From NCBI GenBank assembly GCA_002269645.1, contig NIVC01000221.1:124001-188000 (forward strand): a stretch of 64,000 bases of DNA, in the 5' to 3' direction. The position numbers and the translations under genes were made by a program. Numbering within the stretch: position 1 is the first letter of the stretch; each line of letters opens with the position of its first letter. Origin of the DNA: Macrostomum lignano (Eukaryota). Of this stretch, positions 60,267 to 64,000 are shown in pieces. The notes under the pieces were generated by a model that had not been told where the DNA came from, ran no database searches, and saw nothing but the letters and a program-made list of their open reading frames with translations.

Positions 60267-60426
60267 TGGCAGCGAAGTTGGCAACAATGATGGCAACAGC
60301 CTGCAAAATTGTCGTCATAAAAGCCATCTTGTTAAAGAACCGGTCCACAGGGAAGCTCGCGTGAACCATATGAGGTCGCACAAACTGCTCAAGAGCAGCC
60401 TGCAGTGTCTGGGCTGCGCCAGCCAT
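60267..60426 (-). CDS. Pannexin/innexin-family channel, exon 1 (N-terminus plus TM1)
   Basis: GAGTC-ATG-G context; MAGAAQTLQAALEQFVRP...FPVDRFFNKMAFMTTILQAVAIIVANFAA; donor A|GTAAG (phase 1) is compatible with both exon-2 acceptors. Confidence 0.75.
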
Positions 60427-61537
60427 GACTCAAATTATTGCTGTTGCTCTACTGGGTAGCAGCTACATGTAAGTCAGCTTGGATATCTCGCTGTTTTATG
60501 GCACTCGAGACTGTCTTCGGTGGCCTCTGCCGATCAAAATGTTCTCGATCTCATTCCGACTACTTGTGGGCGTCTCAACGCTAAAAGCGGGCGCTGCTGC
60601 ATGCACATGATTCGTCTGCAGGGGTGCAAGTTTGCTCCGCTCCCCCTATAGGAGGAAGAGTTGGTCAAGGAAGCCAGGGAGTCCTTCAGAGAACATCTGG
60701 AATGGGAGGCTTTTGTTTACAACTTTGGGACGTACATTTATAGAGATATCAGCTAAAAACTCAGGTCAAAGCTGAATAAACTAACCATTTGTCAGATGGT
60801 CTAAAATATCAGAAAGAAAGATTTTGTTATACTTCGTACTCGTAATTAGCTGAAGCATGCAAGCGATGAAAAATTTCTATCAAAAGTCAAATACCAGTCT
60901 AACTAATTTTACAGTCCTAGGAAATTTACTTTTCAGCACAATTAAACTAAAGATTGAGCTCATATTTAAAATATTATTTGATCCTTACTCAGATCTCTGT
61001 TTCCCCAGAGTTCCACAGTGAGTTGTCCATGTCCGAGAAAGCTAGAAAAGGGAAGCGCGTATCGATTGATTAAATTCTGCCGATCCCAAATTAAGAGTCT
61101 GTCAACATATCGCTAGGGTGAACCTCCAGCCAGGCCATAAAACAGCATAAAACTCCCTCTCCACTGCCCAGCTGTTCTTTAGAGAATAAGAAGAAGTCAC
61201 TTCAACTTGCTCAGCTTGGAGTATAGAGAGAGAGCTAAGGGGGGAGTTGGACGACTTTCACTGTGAATCGTTTTGAGCATAGTCTTATCGCGTGATCTCA
61301 ATAGTGAGTCAATATTTTACTTAAAATCCACTGAGAATGAATTCTCTGCACCATCGTACTCGTACAGTACAATTTGTGGCATTCGGAATTGTACATATCT
61401 TACCGTAACTCTTGGTCCTCTGAGATGTGATCTGAAACCGATGAAATACCTTACCAATGATAGTCTACTCCACCGGTACCATCATCGTTTATTGGCGATT
61501 GATCTCAAATTCGAATAACAATTTGCATCTACGGTAT

Positions 61538-61712
61538 GACATCCCTAACATCCCTGAAATAACTGACTTCCTTGACTTCCCTGAGATCTCTAACATCTCT
61601 GAAACTCTTGAAATCACTGGCATCCCTGACTTCCCTGACATCCCTGACATCCCTGACATCCCTGACATCCCAGAAATCTCAGACATCCCAGAAATTCCTA
61701 AACTTCCCTGAC
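61538..61712. repeat. 9-nt repeat (CATCCCTGA)n
   Basis: Directly visible just upstream of the exon 5 acceptor. Confidence 0.85.
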
Positions 61713-61725
61713 TTCATTTTTACAG

Positions 61726-61839
61726 CACAGGCGCAACGTCCACTGCTACTATGACCCGGATGAATCGGCCTGGATCAAACTGCCGCTCAAATGGGAGCTA
61801 AAAACTGATGTCGCTAAGAAGCTGGTCAGACAGACTCAG
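61726..61839 (+). CDS. Unidentified gene, exon 5
   Basis: TTTACAG|HRRNVHCYYDPDESAWIKLPLKWE...RQTQ|GTAAAA; 114 nt. Confidence 0.8.
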
Positions 61840-61959
61840 GTAAAAAATATTTTTAATAAGCCATACATGTACTTACTCCTTACATTCTTCCATCTCAATC
61901 ACATCCTTCAGTCAGTCTAAAAAATTATGATCCTCACTGAATTTTGAAATCAAACTCTA

Positions 61960-62592
61960 ATCGAACCCGAATCGAACCCTAATCGAACCCTAATCGAACC
62001 TAATCGAGCCCTAATCGAACCCGAATCGAAAACTAACCGAAACCTAATCGTACCCTAATCGGACCCTAATTGAACCATAATCGTACCCTAATCGAACCCT
62101 AATCGAATCATAATCGTACCGTAATCGAAACCTAATCGTACCTTAACCGAACCCCAATCGTACCCTAATTGAACCCTAATTGCACCCTAATTGAACACTA
62201 ATTGAACCCTAATTGAACCCTAATCGTACTCTGATCGAACCTAATCAAAACATTATCGAACCCTATTCGAAACCTAATCTAACCCTAATCAAAGGCTAAT
62301 CAAAACATAATCGAACCCTATTCTAAACCTAATCTAACTCTAATCGGACCCTAATCGAACCCTAATCGTACCTTAATCGAACCTAAATCGAATCCTAATC
62401 GAACCCTAATCGAACCCTAATCGAAACCTAATCGAAACCTAATTGAACCCTAATCGAGATCTAATCGAACCCGAATCGTACCCTAATCGAACCCTAATCA
62501 AAACCTAATCGAAGCCTTTTCGAACCCTAATCGAACCCTCATCAAAACCTAATCGAAACCTATTCGAACCCTAATCAAACCCTAATCGAACT
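61960..62592. repeat. 11-nt repeat (AATCGAACCCT)n
   Basis: Directly visible; fills intron 5. Confidence 0.9.
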
Positions 62593-62602
62593 CCTACCGC
62601 AG

Positions 62603-62818
62603 GAGCTGTGCCCGCAATGGCGCGATGAATGCGACCTGCTCGCCAGCTTACGGGCCAGCAACTACAATGTGGAAGACTGCATCAACACTTTCCATGCCAC
62701 GCAGGGTACCTACGGGCCAGAGGTCGCGGCCGGATTTGAGGGCGCTCTGAGCCGGGAGAAGTCAATCATAATGCAGAATGAGAACTACGATGAGATGGCC
62801 GCTAAACTCACCACGGCG
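62603..62818 (+). CDS. Unidentified gene, exon 6 (UBA/CUE-like helix motif)
   Basis: CCGCAG|ELCPQWRDECDLLASLRASNYNVEDCINTF...AKLTTA|GTTAGG; 216 nt. Confidence 0.75.
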
Positions 62819-63167
62819 GTTAGGGTCGCTTTTTCTATCAATAGTTGCGAAGGGCAAATGACCTGATCCGATAAAGACACTCAACTACTTCCAGCGAATC
62901 AATTTACCCAAGTGACGCCTTCCCACATGAAATCTACCGACATGATATTTACCCACATAACATCTGCCCGCATTAACATATACCCACATGACACCTACCT
63001 AAATGACATCTATCCAGAGGATCTATACAGTTCACTTTTATAGAGTGGACCGTTATAGTTTAGTTTTAACGCCTGTACTTAATCATGAGCGGTGTGAGGC
63101 CGTACATCTTAGACTAGCCTAACATTGAAACTTTGACACATGTGATACATGTTGCCTTACTTTTCAG

Positions 63168-63239
63168 GAACGTAAGCTGGAACGGCGTGAAGTCCGAGTC
63201 AAGAAACTTGAGGAGGAGAACAACTATTTGAAGTCAAAG
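63168..63239 (+). CDS. Unidentified gene, exon 7 (coiled coil; gene continues)
   Basis: TTTTCAG|ERKLERREVRVKKLEEENNYLKSK|GTGAG; 72 nt. Confidence 0.78.
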
Positions 63240-63384
63240 GTGAGCCCTACAAAAAGCTGCTTATTTTAGTAAAATTTTCTTCGAAGTTATTGCAAAATAA
63301 TTATGTAAGAATATCTTGCAACTCTCAAAAGCAGAAATACTGTTTATAAGCATACGCAACCGTTGCTTAGTAATGTCGAGGCTG

Positions 63385-63978
63385 AAGGATGAGTTGCTGA
63401 GATGTCATGGCTCAGTGGGGAGTTGTTGAGATGCCATGGCTCATTGGGGGGAGTTGCTGAGATGTCATAAATCAATGGGAAGTTGCTGAGATGCCATGAC
63501 TCAATAGGGGAGTTGCTGGGATGCCATGGCTCAATAGGGAAGTTGCTGGTACGCCATGGCTCAATGGGAAGTTGCTGGTACGCCATGGCTCAATGGGAAG
63601 TTGCTGAGATGTCATGGCTCAATGGAGAGTTGCTGAGATGCCATGACTCAGTGAGCCATGTGACTCAATGGGTCATGTAACTCAATGAGTCATGTAACTC
63701 AATGAGTCATGTAACTCAATGGGTCATGTAACTCAATGGGTCATGTAACTCAATGGGTCATGTAACTCAATGGGTCATGTAACTCAATGGGTCATGTAAC
63801 TCAATGGGTCATGTAACTCAATGGGTCATGTAACTCAATGGGTCATGTAACTCAATGGGTCATGTAACTCAATGGGTCATGTAACTCAATGGGTCATGTA
63901 ACTCAATGGGTCATGTAACTCAATGGGTCATGTAACTCAATGGGTCATGTAACTCAATGGGTCATGTAACTCAATGGG
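63385..63978. repeat. 29-nt minisatellite followed by a homogeneous 17-nt array (GGGTCATGTAACTCAAT)
   Basis: Directly visible; transition near 63660. Confidence 0.92.
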
Positions 63979-64000
63979 TAGTTCAGTAACTGTAAAGTCT

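Overview
Eukaryotic, repeat-rich genomic DNA. GC-rich exons, minisatellite-filled introns, TTAGGG repeats and a Grx-fused thioredoxin reductase suggest a lophotrochozoan, probably a free-living flatworm such as Macrostomum (inference only). Four host genes can be assembled by hand from GT-AG junctions. (1) The 5' three exons of thioredoxin-glutathione reductase (minus strand; it runs off the window start). (2) A complete 7-exon ST7 homologue (minus, 26863-32387, 501 aa). (3) The first 7 exons of an unidentified plus-strand gene (55846 to beyond 63239). (4) A two-exon pannexin/innexin-family channel gene nested antisense in intron 4 of gene 3, with a C-terminal tail of about ten 11-aa repeats. 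Mobile DNA: a young 10.2-kb Ty3/Gypsy element (13232-23406) with an unusually extended but lesioned pol, inserted in a solo LTR; a partial MULE transposase element; several MITEs with verifiable TSDs; a tRNA-derived SINE; and a 16.6-kb array of five tandem non-autonomous Helitrons (34798-51378). Each Helitron carries a tRNA-like Pol III cassette and its own expanded minisatellites. Most long ORFs in the supplied track are artefacts of tandem repeats. All coordinates and comparisons were made by eye, and no database searches were run.
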